From an uncultured Candidatus Thioglobus sp. (GTDB lineage: Bacteria; Pseudomonadota; Gammaproteobacteria; PS1; Pseudothioglobaceae), in NCBI GenBank assembly GCA_905614365.1, contig CAJQSO010000019.1, positions 22,259-86,258 on the forward strand: a stretch of 64,000 bases of DNA, read 5' to 3'. The translations under genes and the position numbers were made by a program. Positions within the stretch are counted from its first letter, which is position 1. Each line of letters begins with the position of its first letter. Positions 63,557 to 64,000 of this stretch are shown here, piece after piece. Below the pieces are notes generated by a model. It saw nothing but the letters and a program-made list of their open reading frames with translations. It was not told where the DNA came from and searched no databases.

Positions 63557-64000
63557 ATGAATGGAGTTTTTATAACAGGCAGCAATACAGAGGTTGGAAA
63601 AACTACTGTAGCTATTGAAATTATTAAGCATCTTGGTAAGACAAGACAAATCAAGGTTCGAAAACCTGTTGAGACAAACTGTGATCTCGTAGATGGAAAC
63701 TATATCCCAAAAGACGCTATTGTGCTAAATAATGCATGCAATTCAAACGAGCCTTTAAATATAGTGTGCCCTAATTGTTTTGCTCTTGAGGCTAGCCCTG
63801 AAGAGGCTAGTGCAAAAATTGGAAAGACTCTTAGTTTAGAGGACTTAGTGAAAGCCTGTAATAACCAAGTGGGAGACAGTTTTGTTTTGGTAGAGGGGGC
63901 AGGTGGTATCTATTCTCCAATTGCAGATAGGTCGCTTAATTCTGATCTTGCTGTTTGTCTTGAGCTTCCAGTTATCATTGTTGTTCGAGACGAGTTAGGG
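63557..64000 (+). CDS. bioD: Dethiobiotin synthase (5' part; runs off window end)
   Basis: Manual translation: MNGVFITGSNTEVGKT...KPVET...VEGAGG. Confidence 0.92.
   Translation, partial: MNGVFITGSNTEVGKTTVAIEIIKHLGKTRQIKVRKPVETNCDLVDGNYIPKDAIVLNNACNSNEPLNIVCPNCFALEASPEEASAKIGKTLSLEDLVKACNNQVGDSFVLVEGAGGIYSPIADRSLNSDLAVCLELPVIIVVRDELG

Overview
AT-rich gammaproteobacterial chromosome segment. Protein character and gene content (phosphoribulokinase, family-1 PyrD, short citrate synthase, compact intergenics) suggest a streamlined marine SUP05/Thioglobaceae (Pseudothioglobus-like) organism; this taxonomy is inference. The backbone carries the atp operon (atpIBEFHA'), recN-nadK/grpE, dsbD-accBC-argC-erpA-gltA-ubiEJB, rplY-pth-ychF-gpmI-rpe, rpsB-tsf, tpiA-secG-tRNA-Leu, dnaA-(oriC candidate)-dnaN-recF-gyrB-prk, leuS, pyrD and bioD'. 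Accessory modules: (1) an island after grpE that opens with 642 bp lacking any GpC dinucleotide and encoding an alanine-free orphan protein, followed by a trigonelline-degradation operon (tgnD-A-B-C plus a CMD-family gene) with no local regulator or transporter; (2) a metY / hydrolase / FadN-like / DmdB-like / DmdC-like operon that looks like an MMPA (DMSP-derived) to methanethiol to methionine module; (3) a ufaD-ufaO-ufaM-like furan fatty acid cluster with a second methyltransferase, DUF1295 and a SOUL protein; (4) a histamine/trimethylamine-dehydrogenase-family flavoenzyme where rpmH usually lies next to dnaA. No CRISPR array, rRNA, integrase or transposase was seen. All protein calls come from motif and family recognition; no database searches were run.
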